A stretch of 64,000 nt of DNA from Escherichia phage PNJ-9, in the sequence record PQ100635.1; one strand, 5' to 3'. The position numbers and the translations under genes are program-made. Shown piece by piece: positions 27,080 through 35,938 of this stretch. Numbering within the stretch: the first letter of the stretch is position 1; the number at the start of each line of letters is the position of its first letter. A model generated the notes under the pieces. The model saw only the letters and a list, made by a program, of their open reading frames with translations, was not told the DNA's origin and searched no databases.

Positions 27080-28371
27080 CTGAATATAATGATGAAGTAA
27101 ATACACTTTTCAGCTCTAATGGACAAACGCCTTTTGTAACAATTACATTTGGCACGGGAACTGACTGGACTGAACGAATGATTCAGAAAGCAATTCTGAA
27201 AAATCGTATTAAAGGTCTTGGCCGTGACGGGATAACTCCTATTTTCCCTAAACTTGTTATGTTCGTTGAAGAGGGTGTCAATCTTTATAAAGACGACCCG
27301 AACTACGATATTAAGCAGCTTGCTTTAGAATGCGCAAGCAAAAGAATGTATCCTGATATTATTTCAGTTAAGAACAATAAAGCTATTACTGGTTCTTCAG
27401 TTCCTGTTTCTCCGATGGGCTGTCGTAGTTTCTTGAGCGTATGGAAAGATTCGACTGGTAATGAAATTCTTGATGGACGTAATAATCTTGGTGTTGTAAC
27501 ACTGAATCTTCCTCGTATTGCATTAGATTCTTATATTGGAACACAATTCAATGAACAGAAATTTGTTGAGCTATTTAATGAACGAATGGATCTGTGTTTT
27601 GAAGCTTTGATGTGTAGAATTAGTTCTTTAAAGGGTGTTAAAGCAACTGTAGCTCCTATTCTTTACCAAGAAGGTGCATTCGGGGTTCGTCTTAAACCTG
27701 ATGACGATATAATTGAGTTATTTAAAAATGGTAGAAGTTCAGTGTCCCTAGGATACATTGGTATTCACGAATTGAATATTCTTGTCGGACGTGATATTGG
27801 ACAGGAAATTTTAACTAAAATGAATGCTCGTCTTAAGCAGTGGACTGAAAGAACCGGTTTTGCTTTTAGTTTATATTCTACTCCTGCTGAAAACCTTTGT
27901 TATCGCTTCTGTAAACTTGATACAGAAAAATATGGAAGTGTAAAAGATGTCACCGATAAAGGCTGGTACACTAACAGTTTCCACGTTTCAGTAGAAGAAA
28001 ATATTACTCCATTTGAAAAGATTTCTCGTGAAGCCCCATATCATTTCATTGCAACAGGCGGTCACATTTCTTATGTTGAACTTCCAGATATGAAAAATAA
28101 CTTAAAAGGTCTTGAGGCTGTCTGGGATTATGCTGCACAACATTTAGATTATTTTGGTGTTAATATGCCAGTAGATAAATGTTTTACATGTGGAAGTACT
28201 CATGAAATGACTCCTACTGAAAACGGATTTGTTTGTTCAGTTTGTGGAGAAAGTGATCCTAAAAAGATGAACACCATAAGAAGAACATGTGGTTATTTGG
28301 GAAATCCGAACGAACGCGGATTTAATCTCGGTAAAAATAAAGAAATCATGCATAGGGTTAAACACCAATGA
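27080..28371 (+). CDS. nrdD: anaerobic ribonucleotide reductase NrdD, exon 2
   Basis: Continues frame after intron; C-terminal Zn site CxxC...CxxC and glycyl-radical region RTCGYLG. Confidence 0.85.
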
Positions 28372-28838
28372 ATTATGATAGATTTTATCCTTGCGATTTT
28401 GTGAATGGCCCTGGTTGCAGGGTCGTTCTTTTCGTTACAGGTTGTTTGCATAAATGCGAAGGGTGTTATAATAAATCAACATGGAACGCTAGAAATGGTA
28501 TTCCATTCACTGGTGAAACACTAGAACAATTGATTGAATGTTTGAATAATGATTATATAGAAGGATTAACTATAACCGGAGGAGATCCTCTCTATCCTGA
28601 TAACCGAGATGTTATTCATCGCATTGCTCAAACAGTAAAAAATCTTTATCCCAATAAAAGCATTTGGTTGTGGACAGGATATAAGTTTGAAGATATTAAA
28701 CAACTAGAAATGCTTAAATATGTTGATGTTATTATTGATGGGAAGTATGAGAAAAATCTTCCGACTAAAAAGATGTGGCGAGGATCAGATAATCAGCGAC
28801 TTTGGTCAAATACCGATGGGGTGTGGAAACATGATTAA
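28368..28838 (+). CDS. nrdG: anaerobic RNR activating enzyme NrdG (radical SAM)
   Basis: CLHKCEGC radical-SAM cluster motif; ATGA overlap with nrdD. Confidence 0.92.
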   Translation: MNYDRFYPCDFVNGPGCRVVLFVTGCLHKCEGCYNKSTWNARNGIPFTGETLEQLIECLNNDYIEGLTITGGDPLYPDNRDVIHRIAQTVKNLYPNKSIWLWTGYKFEDIKQLEMLKYVDVIIDGKYEKNLPTKKMWRGSDNQRLWSNTDGVWKHD

Positions 28839-28948
28839 ATTGAATTACATTATGGATACTATAAATGATATGATTTTTCGTTTTGGTCCAGAATTTTATT
28901 CGCAGTATAGTTTGGTGTTTATCAATGCTTAGTTAATTAAGGGTAAAT

Positions 28949-29164
28949 ATGTATAAATTTCGTAAAGGTTTAGCTGATTTTCTTACAACTGTAACGTTCT
29001 TTTTGTTTATGGCAGTTGGAGCTATTTTTCTTATTCCTTTTACTGTTGTATTTTTCTTGATTAGTTTAATTTCTCCGGAAAAGGGTTTATCCTCCAGCGA
29101 ATTCAATGAACGTTTGGACAAAATTACTAATAAACTGAATTCTGTTCTTGATAAAAAGGCTTAA
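28949..29164 (+). CDS. small membrane protein
   Basis: Hydrophobic core FFLFMAVGAIFLIPFTVVFFLISLI. Confidence 0.55.
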   Translation: MYKFRKGLADFLTTVTFFLFMAVGAIFLIPFTVVFFLISLISPEKGLSSSEFNERLDKITNKLNSVLDKKA

Positions 29165-29166
29165 TT

Positions 29167-29484
29167 ATGATTAGTTTTGAGCGGTATGTGGTAGAGAGTT
29201 GGAAAGGTTTTGATATGTTCGGTAATGACTATTATTTTTACGAATGTAATCTAAATCCTAGTTTTTGGGCTGGACGTGAACGAGATCTCGAAGAAATTAG
29301 TGTTCGCGCCGAATTGTTAGGTGAACTGCCTACGGTTTATTTTACCTTTGATGAATCTGGATTTGTTATCCAGGTTTATTTTCCTGAAGAAAACTCTGGT
29401 GAGGATTCTGTTAATCCTCCTTATTGGGCTTACCAAGGAATTATTTCTCGTGGAACAAAACTCGAACTTAAAGAACAAGATTGA
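29167..29484 (+). CDS. hypothetical protein
   Basis: ORF track. Confidence 0.55.
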   Translation: MISFERYVVESWKGFDMFGNDYYFYECNLNPSFWAGRERDLEEISVRAELLGELPTVYFTFDESGFVIQVYFPEENSGEDSVNPPYWAYQGIISRGTKLELKEQD

Positions 29485-29773
29485 AATTTATGGCATCCCT
29501 GAAGAAGTAGGACGTTGTCCCGGATGTTATACTGTTACAAAACTTTTAAAGGAGCTCAATGCTCCTTATACATTTTATAAAGTCCTCACTAATAATGGTA
29601 AGATTGAATATGACCGTCCTTTAATCGTATCTCTTGCTAAACGTGCAGGATTCACTTCACTTAATATTCGTTATCCTGTCATATTTTTAAATGATAAGAA
29701 ACAAAGGAATATTGCAGAGTTTAAAAAGTCCTTGATTTCATTAGGATACGACTCTGATATCATAGAAGATTGA
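29450..29773 (+). CDS. glutaredoxin/NrdH-like redoxin
   Basis: KIEIYGIPEEVGRCPGCY with CPGC active site; in-frame GTG at 29450; terminator downstream. Confidence 0.5.
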   Translation: MEQNSNLKNKIEIYGIPEEVGRCPGCYTVTKLLKELNAPYTFYKVLTNNGKIEYDRPLIVSLAKRAGFTSLNIRYPVIFLNDKKQRNIAEFKKSLISLGYDSDIIED

Positions 29774-29796
29774 CCAGGTGCCGCCTGGTCTTCTTT
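29772..29796 (+). terminator. intrinsic terminator-like hairpin
   Basis: GACCAGG-TGCCG-CCTGGTC then TTCTTT. Confidence 0.5.
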
Positions 29797-29882
29797 ATCT
29801 CATTTCTAATATAATCCATTGGAATCTTCACTTCACTATCTCCTTGTGCCCCTCTCAAATCGAAAATATTTTCATAAAACAG

Positions 29883-29910
29883 TTTACATCCTCAATAGAT
29901 GTGTTAAGAT
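29883..29910 (+). promoter_or_regulatory. early-promoter-like element
   Basis: GTTTAC then GTGTTAAGAT; similar to element at 59292. Confidence 0.4.
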
Positions 29911-29938
29911 TAAACCATCTACTATAGAGGAAAATAAA

Positions 29939-30121
29939 ATGACAATTGAAGATAAAGAAATTAAGGTCGACCAGTACTATTCTGTCAATGGTAATGCAAT
30001 ACAGATAACCAGAGTTTCAAGCCTGGATGTTTGGTACCGTTCAATCAAATATCCAGAAATTGGTGAAATGCTTTGTGACCGTGGTATCTTCTGTTCAATT
30101 GCGAAGGAAATTAAGCCATGA
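29939..30121 (+). CDS. hypothetical protein
   Basis: ATG after AGAGGAAAA; ORF track 29819-30121. Confidence 0.5.
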   Translation: MTIEDKEIKVDQYYSVNGNAIQITRVSSLDVWYRSIKYPEIGEMLCDRGIFCSIAKEIKP

Positions 30122-30366
30122 TTAGTTTAGATTCAAAGAAAGTTGTTCTAACTCTTAATGTAAACAACGAACGTCCAGTATTCGTTACCATTTCCGATTT
30201 GCATGTTGAAATTGCTAATGGCGTCCGTACTTATCAAACGTCTAAAACACATTGGGACTATATCCCAATGTTGACGCTTACTCAGCGTTTAGAATCAATC
30301 GGTCTTAAAGACCTTTCAGTAAGTGAAATGAATTTTATCAAACGCATTGTATCAATCAACCTCTGA
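30118..30366 (+). CDS. hypothetical protein
   Basis: ATGA overlap. Confidence 0.55.
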   Translation: MISLDSKKVVLTLNVNNERPVFVTISDLHVEIANGVRTYQTSKTHWDYIPMLTLTQRLESIGLKDLSVSEMNFIKRIVSINL

Positions 30367-30373
30367 GGTACTT

Positions 30374-30667
30374 ATGGGTAAAACGTATCGTCGTAAAGAT
30401 TTGAAAGTTCGTGATTACGACTATTTTGGTAAACGTAAAGCTCCTGACGGTGTTAGCCACAAAGACATGGTTGAAAACATTTTCCGCTCAGATAAATGGA
30501 AACGTATGAAAGGCGTTGATTCTGAAGTCAAGAACGAAATGAATCGACAACTCCGCAAAGAAGTTCGTAAGTTGAAAAAAGATGTTTACAGTAAAGAAGA
30601 TTATGATTATAATACTTCTCATACTGAAGCCAAACGTAAAGCTAATGAATGTTATCGTTACAGTTGA
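30374..30667 (+). CDS. hypothetical basic protein
   Basis: ATG after GAGG; Lys/Arg-rich. Confidence 0.5.
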   Translation: MGKTYRRKDLKVRDYDYFGKRKAPDGVSHKDMVENIFRSDKWKRMKGVDSEVKNEMNRQLRKEVRKLKKDVYSKEDYDYNTSHTEAKRKANECYRYS

Positions 30668-30674
30668 GGAAATT

Positions 30675-30809
30675 ATGAATATCAAACGAATGCTTTTTAA
30701 GCAGGGATTATATACTTTAAATGCTAATCCAAAGGGTGATACAACTAAATGGTCTGTAAATGACTGGATTAAGTTCATCGATGAAAATGGGGCGTGGAAC
30801 ACAAAATGA
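30675..30809 (+). CDS. hypothetical small protein (44 aa)
   Basis: ATG after GAGGAAA. Confidence 0.35.
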   Translation: MNIKRMLFKQGLYTLNANPKGDTTKWSVNDWIKFIDENGAWNTK

Positions 30810-31006
30810 ATCCTGAAAATATTGTGTCATGGCAACTTCGTGAAGAACGTGCCGAATTCTTTGCCAATATGAAACTCAACGGCGTTGAGGATGAAGACTT
30901 TTTACGTTGGTTCTGGATTTACAAATACAAAGAATGTCAACATGCTGTGCTATTGACTTGCGCAACTATGTACGAAGGCTGGAAAGGCGCTAAAAAGTTC
31001 GGTTAA
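30806..31006 (+). CDS. hypothetical protein
   Basis: ATGA overlap. Confidence 0.5.
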   Translation: MNPENIVSWQLREERAEFFANMKLNGVEDEDFLRWFWIYKYKECQHAVLLTCATMYEGWKGAKKFG

Positions 31007-31017
31007 TAATATACAAC

Positions 31018-31051
31018 GATAGGAAGACGAATGTTATTATCTTCCTATCGT
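31018..31051 (+). promoter_or_regulatory. perfect 12-bp inverted repeat (hairpin) upstream of 31072 ORF
   Basis: ACGATAGGAAGA ... TCTTCCTATCGT, 10-nt loop containing TGTTATTAT; no T-run. Confidence 0.4.
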
Positions 31052-31071
31052 CTTAAAATGAGGAAAATATC

Positions 31072-31311
31072 ATGGCCCAAGAATTAGATTTTATCAAATT
31101 CAAAAAACACCTCGACGTTAAAATTGGGGATTCAATTGTTAGGATTGAGTATGACATTTTAACAGATGCTATTACTGTTAGTTGTGATGGAAATAGTTTC
31201 AGCTTCGATACAACCGAAAATAAATACCCAATCTATAAAGGCATCTTTGATATGGGTGTTGATATTACTCCACGTGATACAAATTACTTACTTTTCATGC
31301 TTAAAAAATAG
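31072..31311 (+). CDS. hypothetical protein
   Basis: GAGGAAAA upstream. Confidence 0.55.
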   Translation: MAQELDFIKFKKHLDVKIGDSIVRIEYDILTDAITVSCDGNSFSFDTTENKYPIYKGIFDMGVDITPRDTNYLLFMLKK

Positions 31312-31377
31312 TATATAAACTCTTGAGAGCAGAGTATAATTCTCTCATTGGATAATAAAATAACCGAGGAAAATAAT

Positions 31378-31710
31378 ATGTCTACTAAAATCAAAAACGT
31401 AGTTAATTCTTTCGCTTTCGATAAAGTTGTTGCTCTTCTGGAATCCGGCAATATTGTTACTCCTCAAGTCCTTGACGCGTGGGAATTCCGTCTTTATGAA
31501 ATTATGCAAAAACACGACCAGAAAATTGGACGTAATTCTATTCGTGAAATTCTAGTACAATATATTCTTTCTGAATTTGACGTTGCTGCATTTGGTGTTG
31601 AATCTAAAGCTTATCAGAAACATGAAATCTCTGAAAAGACTATCCGTCGTATGAAAAATCAACGTAAGAAAAAATTCGTTGACCTGAAAATTGTTAAGGC
31701 GGTAAAATGA
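31378..31710 (+). CDS. hypothetical protein
   Basis: GAGGAAAA upstream. Confidence 0.55.
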   Translation: MSTKIKNVVNSFAFDKVVALLESGNIVTPQVLDAWEFRLYEIMQKHDQKIGRNSIREILVQYILSEFDVAAFGVESKAYQKHEISEKTIRRMKNQRKKKFVDLKIVKAVK

Positions 31711-31934
31711 GCGTATTAACAGAAACTTTGATTAATGACCTGCGTCTAGCTGGTTATGAAGTTGGTACAAATAGTCTAGGTCTTTCTCAGATTGAAGGGC
31801 TTGGATTTATCCTAGAATATGAATTCAAACAATGGTGGCTATATACTACGGCTGACGATGCGTTGAATATCGATTTCGTTGACCAATTTGATTCGTTGGA
31901 TGATGCTCTTGAAGCAGCAAAGGAACTAGAATGA
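31707..31934 (+). CDS. hypothetical acidic protein
   Basis: ATGA overlap. Confidence 0.55.
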   Translation: MSVLTETLINDLRLAGYEVGTNSLGLSQIEGLGFILEYEFKQWWLYTTADDALNIDFVDQFDSLDDALEAAKELE

Positions 31935-32200
31935 AATTAACTCGAATCAGTATAACTGAAGAAAAGCTGGGCGAATTTTATGTTGACGAATATATGAAAG
32001 TCACGTATTTTCCATTCGTTAAAGGTGTTGGTTTTTGGGAAACTCATGTATCTCAATTAAACGAAGGCGACTATAACGAAACACATGAGAACTTTTTAGA
32101 TTTTCTTTATAATGCCGGTCTTACTGAGCTTTATATCGATATCCATGAGTTCAAACGTTTAATGGAAAAAGTGTTTCAGGCTTATTGTTTGCTCCGATAG
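31931..32200 (+). CDS. hypothetical protein
   Basis: ATGA overlap. Confidence 0.55.
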   Translation: MKLTRISITEEKLGEFYVDEYMKVTYFPFVKGVGFWETHVSQLNEGDYNETHENFLDFLYNAGLTELYIDIHEFKRLMEKVFQAYCLLR

Positions 32201-32207
32201 TATCTCG

Positions 32208-32251
32208 TGCTTTAAGATAGGTCTCTAAATATTATGATATAATAGACCTAT
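32208..32251 (+). promoter_or_regulatory. promoter-like region upstream of gene 55
   Basis: TGCTTTA MotA-box-like, TGATATAAT -10, IR ATAGGTCT/AGACCTAT; box to -10 spacing long. Confidence 0.35.
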
Positions 32252-32272
32252 GAATTGAGCTAAGAGGTACTT

Positions 32273-32830
32273 ATGACTGAACAAAAACCTAAAAATAACT
32301 ATGTGAATAATAAAGAGCTTCTCGCCGCTATAATCGAGTGGAAAAAGGAGCTCTTAAATAATAAAGACCCAAACAAAATTATTCGTCAGAATGATACCAT
32401 CGGTTTAGCAATTATGCTTATCGCCGAAGGCCTGTCCAAACGTTTCAACTTTTCAGGATATACCCAGTCTTGGAAGCAGGAGATGATTGCAGATGGGATT
32501 GAAGCCTCTATTAAGGGACTTCATAATTTCGACGAAACTAAGTACAATAACCCACATGCATACATAACTCGAGCTTGTTTTAATGCTTTTGTCCAACGTA
32601 TCAAAAAAGAGCGTAAGGAAGTTGCAAAGAAATATAGTTACTTCGTTCATAACGTCTACGACAGTCATGACGATGATATGGTAGCGTTGGTAGATGAAAC
32701 GTTTATTCAAGACATCTACGATAAAATGACGCATTATGAAGAATCCGCTTATAAAGCTCCTGGGGCTGAAAAGAAGGAAGTTGTTAGCGATTCGCCTAGT
32801 TTGGATTTTTTATATGAGGATGACAATTGA
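32273..32830 (+). CDS. 55: late-transcription sigma factor gp55
   Basis: [35 protein letters not shown]...[29 protein letters not shown] matches T4 gp55; 185 aa. Confidence 0.93.
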   Translation: MTEQKPKNNYVNNKELLAAIIEWKKELLNNKDPNKIIRQNDTIGLAIMLIAEGLSKRFNFSGYTQSWKQEMIADGIEASIKGLHNFDETKYNNPHAYITRACFNAFVQRIKKERKEVAKKYSYFVHNVYDSHDDDMVALVDETFIQDIYDKMTHYEESAYKAPGAEKKEVVSDSPSLDFLYEDDN

Positions 32831-33029
32831 CATCTCTAACTACTTAGAAGAACCTTTTGACGAAGCAATCCCTTATTTGGTAAAACTGTTGGGTCGTGAA
32901 TTTAAAATTAATTTTGACATCGACCCTTTGAACCCACATGACGTGTCATTTTCGATAAATGGGACTCCGGTTGAGTATGAGTTCTGTATTGAAGAGGATG
33001 GACGTTTTTATTTTAATTTAATGAGATAA
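32814..33029 (+). CDS. hypothetical protein
   Basis: Internal ATG of ORF 32736-33029 overlapping end of 55. Confidence 0.45.
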   Translation: MRMTIDISNYLEEPFDEAIPYLVKLLGREFKINFDIDPLNPHDVSFSINGTPVEYEFCIEEDGRFYFNLMR

Positions 33030-33030
33030 T

Positions 33031-33354
33031 ATGACTACCGAGATTATTGAAAATAAAGAAGCAGAAGATGCAGTAGCTAAAATGCTACAAGAAATCCAAA
33101 AGAAAAATGAAGCTGAAGCACGTAAAAAATCCGAAAAGATTCTTAAAAAGAATCGTTTTGAGCTAAACCGTCTTTATGCTCATGCTCAAGAAGCAGCAAT
33201 TCAAAACAACTTCGAAGCTTACGAATATGCTATTAAGAAATCTCGGGATATTCTACGACAACCATATAATGACAAGTTAATTAAAATCCAGTGGGTTACT
33301 ACTCGTCAGGCTATTGAGGACATCATTAATGGCGCTAGTTCAAACAAAGTTTAA
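33031..33354 (+). CDS. hypothetical coiled-coil protein
   Basis: Lys/Glu-rich. Confidence 0.5.
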   Translation: MTTEIIENKEAEDAVAKMLQEIQKKNEAEARKKSEKILKKNRFELNRLYAHAQEAAIQNNFEAYEYAIKKSRDILRQPYNDKLIKIQWVTTRQAIEDIINGASSNKV

Positions 33355-33535
33355 ACGTCTTAATCTGAACGCAGGATTCACCCTTAAATTGGGAGGTCCT
33401 CTTTGTGTTAAAATTTCCGAAAAGGAATATCACGACGGTTCTATTACAGAAATTTGTCCGCCTATTGTAAAGGCAGACCCAAAACAACTCGTGTGGGTCG
33501 ATTCATTTCAAGTTAAGAAATGGTGGAAACGATGA
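33329..33535 (+). CDS. hypothetical protein
   Basis: ATG 33329 with GAGGA upstream; ORF track 33314-33535. Confidence 0.4.
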   Translation: MALVQTKFKRLNLNAGFTLKLGGPLCVKISEKEYHDGSITEICPPIVKADPKQLVWVDSFQVKKWWKR

Positions 33536-33574
33536 GAGAAATCGATTTAGGCATTTTCTGAGAGGTGCTTATGC

Positions 33575-33748
33575 ATGACGAACATCCCGACTTCTGAAAA
33601 TTTCGATAAAATCCGTAAAGGCAAAGCAGAAAGAATGAGACGTTTTAAAGAGTCTTATGATAAAGCTAAAGCCGAAGGAACTATTACATACAAGCCCATT
33701 CGATTTAAAAGTTCAAATGAGCCTCTGTACGGTGTACTATGTGGATAG
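33575..33748 (+). CDS. small basic protein (57 aa), not on ORF track
   Basis: ORF ends at the stem of a strong intrinsic terminator. Confidence 0.35.
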   Translation: MTNIPTSENFDKIRKGKAERMRRFKESYDKAKAEGTITYKPIRFKSSNEPLYGVLCG

Positions 33749-33771
33749 GAACTCTTCGGAGTTCCTTTTTT
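33748..33771 (+). terminator. intrinsic terminator
   Basis: GGAACTC-TTCG-GAGTTCC then TTTTTT. Confidence 0.7.
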
Positions 33772-33817
33772 GCTTTATAAACGGATGATAGAATGAATTA
33801 ACTAATGAGGAAATAAT

Positions 33818-34837
33818 ATGAAAATTTTAAATTTAGGTGATTGGCATTTAGGCGTTAAAGCTGATGATGAGTGGGTTCAATCAATCCAGTTGGATGGAAT
33901 TAAGCAGGCGATAGAATATTCTAAGAAAAATGGAATTACTACATGGATTCAATACGGCGATATTTTTGATGTGCGAAAAGCAATCACGCATAAAACTATG
34001 GAGTTCGCACGTGAAATAGTTCAAATGCTTGATGATGCTGGTATTACCCTACATACTGTTGTAGGAAACCATGATATGCACTTTAAAAATACTTTAACTC
34101 CAAACGCTTCTACTGAGCTTTTAGCTAAATATCCTAATGTTAAAGTATATGATAAGCCTACTACAGTAGATTTTGACGGATGTTTGATTGATTTAATTCC
34201 TTGGATGTGCGAAGAAAATACTGGTGAAATTCTTGAACATATCAAAACTTCATCTGCTTCTTTTTGTGTTGGGCACTGGGAACTGAATGGTTTTTATTTC
34301 TATAAAGGAATGAAGTCTCATGGGCTTGAACCTGATTTTTTAAAGACCTATAAACAAGTCTGGTCCGGCCACTTCCACACAATCTCTGAAGCTGCTAACG
34401 TCAAGTATATTGGGACACCATGGACCCTTACTGCAGGTGATGAAAACGACCCGCGCGGATTCTGGGTATTTGACACTGATGTTGAACGTATGGAATTTAT
34501 TCCTAATGAAACAACATGGCATCGACGAATCACTTATCCGTTTAAAGGCAAAATCAATTATTCTGATTATACTAATCTAGCCTTACGTGTTATAGTATCA
34601 GAAATTGATTCAGAGTTGACTAAGTTTGAATCTGAACTTGAAAAAGTAGTTCACTCTCTTCGTATGGTTTCTAAAGTTGATAACAGTGTTGAATCTGATG
34701 ACGACCAGGAAATCGAGATTAAATCACTTCAAGATATCATTAAAGAATATATTGACGCGATTCCAGATATCTCAGACGAAGACAGAGAAGCGCTGGTCAA
34801 ATATTCCAACGAACTTTATATTGAGGCAACACAATGA
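33818..34837 (+). CDS. 47: recombination nuclease subunit gp47 (Mre11-like)
   Basis: Calcineurin-like phosphoesterase motifs LGDWHLG, GDIFD, GNHD; 339 aa as T4 gp47. Confidence 0.92.
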   Translation: MKILNLGDWHLGVKADDEWVQSIQLDGIKQAIEYSKKNGITTWIQYGDIFDVRKAITHKTMEFAREIVQMLDDAGITLHTVVGNHDMHFKNTLTPNASTELLAKYPNVKVYDKPTTVDFDGCLIDLIPWMCEENTGEILEHIKTSSASFCVGHWELNGFYFYKGMKSHGLEPDFLKTYKQVWSGHFHTISEAANVKYIGTPWTLTAGDENDPRGFWVFDTDVERMEFIPNETTWHRRITYPFKGKINYSDYTNLALRVIVSEIDSELTKFESELEKVVHSLRMVSKVDNSVESDDDQEIEIKSLQDIIKEYIDAIPDISDEDREALVKYSNELYIEATQ

Positions 34838-35085
34838 CTTTAGATGAATTTAACAATGCTGGACTCAGGCTTGAAGTTGAAATGGACGTTAAAGATGATG
34901 ATGGATTCGAGAACACTATCAAGTATTGGATTGAGCCATTACGCGTTGAAGGCAATGAAGTTAAAGCAGTTCATGTCTGCACTGACTGGGCTATTGAATT
35001 TAGCTTTAATATAATGGACAACGATACTCCTGGCTCTATTCTTAAAATGGCTGAAGCGTGTATTGAGGATGCATATAATGACTAA
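34834..35085 (+). CDS. hypothetical acidic protein
   Basis: ATGA overlap. Confidence 0.55.
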   Translation: MTLDEFNNAGLRLEVEMDVKDDDGFENTIKYWIEPLRVEGNEVKAVHVCTDWAIEFSFNIMDNDTPGSILKMAEACIEDAYND

Positions 35086-35938
35086 GACTGATTATGAAAC
35101 TCAAATTTATAAAATTCTTAAAACCTCCTTCCCTTCGTGGGAAGGACTTGATGAGTATTTAAACTTTATAAAAACTAATTCCACTAATAAAGTAAAAGGA
35201 CTGACTCAGGTTCACCATATACTACCAAAATCTATTTTTCCAGATTTTAAAACATGTAAATGGAACTTGTGTCATTTAAGTCATTATAACCATTTTATTG
35301 CACATAGCATTTTGGCAAAAACTGGCAACCACAAGATGATTAACGCGCTTCAAAGAATGTATACCGGGCGATTTAATTTAAATTGTACAACGCATGAACT
35401 AAATAATATAGCCGAGGCGTATTCTTTAGAATTCGAAAATGTTTGTAAAGTTAATTCTATAAAAATGACATTATACTATTCCAATCAGGATAATAGAATT
35501 AAGATTAGTCAAGCTTTAAAAGCATGGTTTAAAAATCCGGAAAATTTAAAGAAACACAGAATTATGACAAGTTCAAAGGAATTTAAAGAAACCGTCTCTA
35601 TTATGACCCAAAAGTGGTTTAGTGACCCTATTAATAAACAAAAACATTTGGATGCTTGTCGTAAAATATCTAAAACAGCCGAATATAGAGAATCATTATC
35701 GGCTGGAGTTTCACGCAGTTGGAAAAATCCTAAAGTTAGAGACACTCATTTGAAATCTAGAAGAAAAGGATATCATTGGGAAAATTTTGATATGCTTTAC
35801 GTTGAATGGGTTAAAATGAACAAACCTAAATATGTGACTTTTTCTAAAAATTTAGTCAATTTAGGATATCCTATACAAAGTTCTTTACAGGCTTTAGTTT
35901 CTGAATTCATGAGGAAAAATTTAAGTGAAAACATTTAA
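35078..35938 (+). CDS. freestanding HNH homing endonuclease (Mob-like)
   Basis: HNH motif VHHILPKS...N...H..H; repeated W-x-NP-x-K modules; AT-rich; inserted between 47 and 46. Confidence 0.75.
   Translation: MTKTDYETQIYKILKTSFPSWEGLDEYLNFIKTNSTNKVKGLTQVHHILPKSIFPDFKTCKWNLCHLSHYNHFIAHSILAKTGNHKMINALQRMYTGRFNLNCTTHELNNIAEAYSLEFENVCKVNSIKMTLYYSNQDNRIKISQALKAWFKNPENLKKHRIMTSSKEFKETVSIMTQKWFSDPINKQKHLDACRKISKTAEYRESLSAGVSRSWKNPKVRDTHLKSRRKGYHWENFDMLYVEWVKMNKPKYVTFSKNLVNLGYPIQSSLQALVSEFMRKNLSENI

Noticed and set aside
29167-29773. Frameshift or fusion joining ORF 29167-29484 to the glutaredoxin-like domain
   Set aside because: An in-frame GTG at 29450 gives a normal-length redoxin; no slippery sequence seen; frameshift not needed
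32208-32243. MotA-box middle promoter for gene 55
   Set aside because: TGCTTTA box is about 23 bp from the -10 element versus the usual 11-13 bp; kept only as a low-confidence feature
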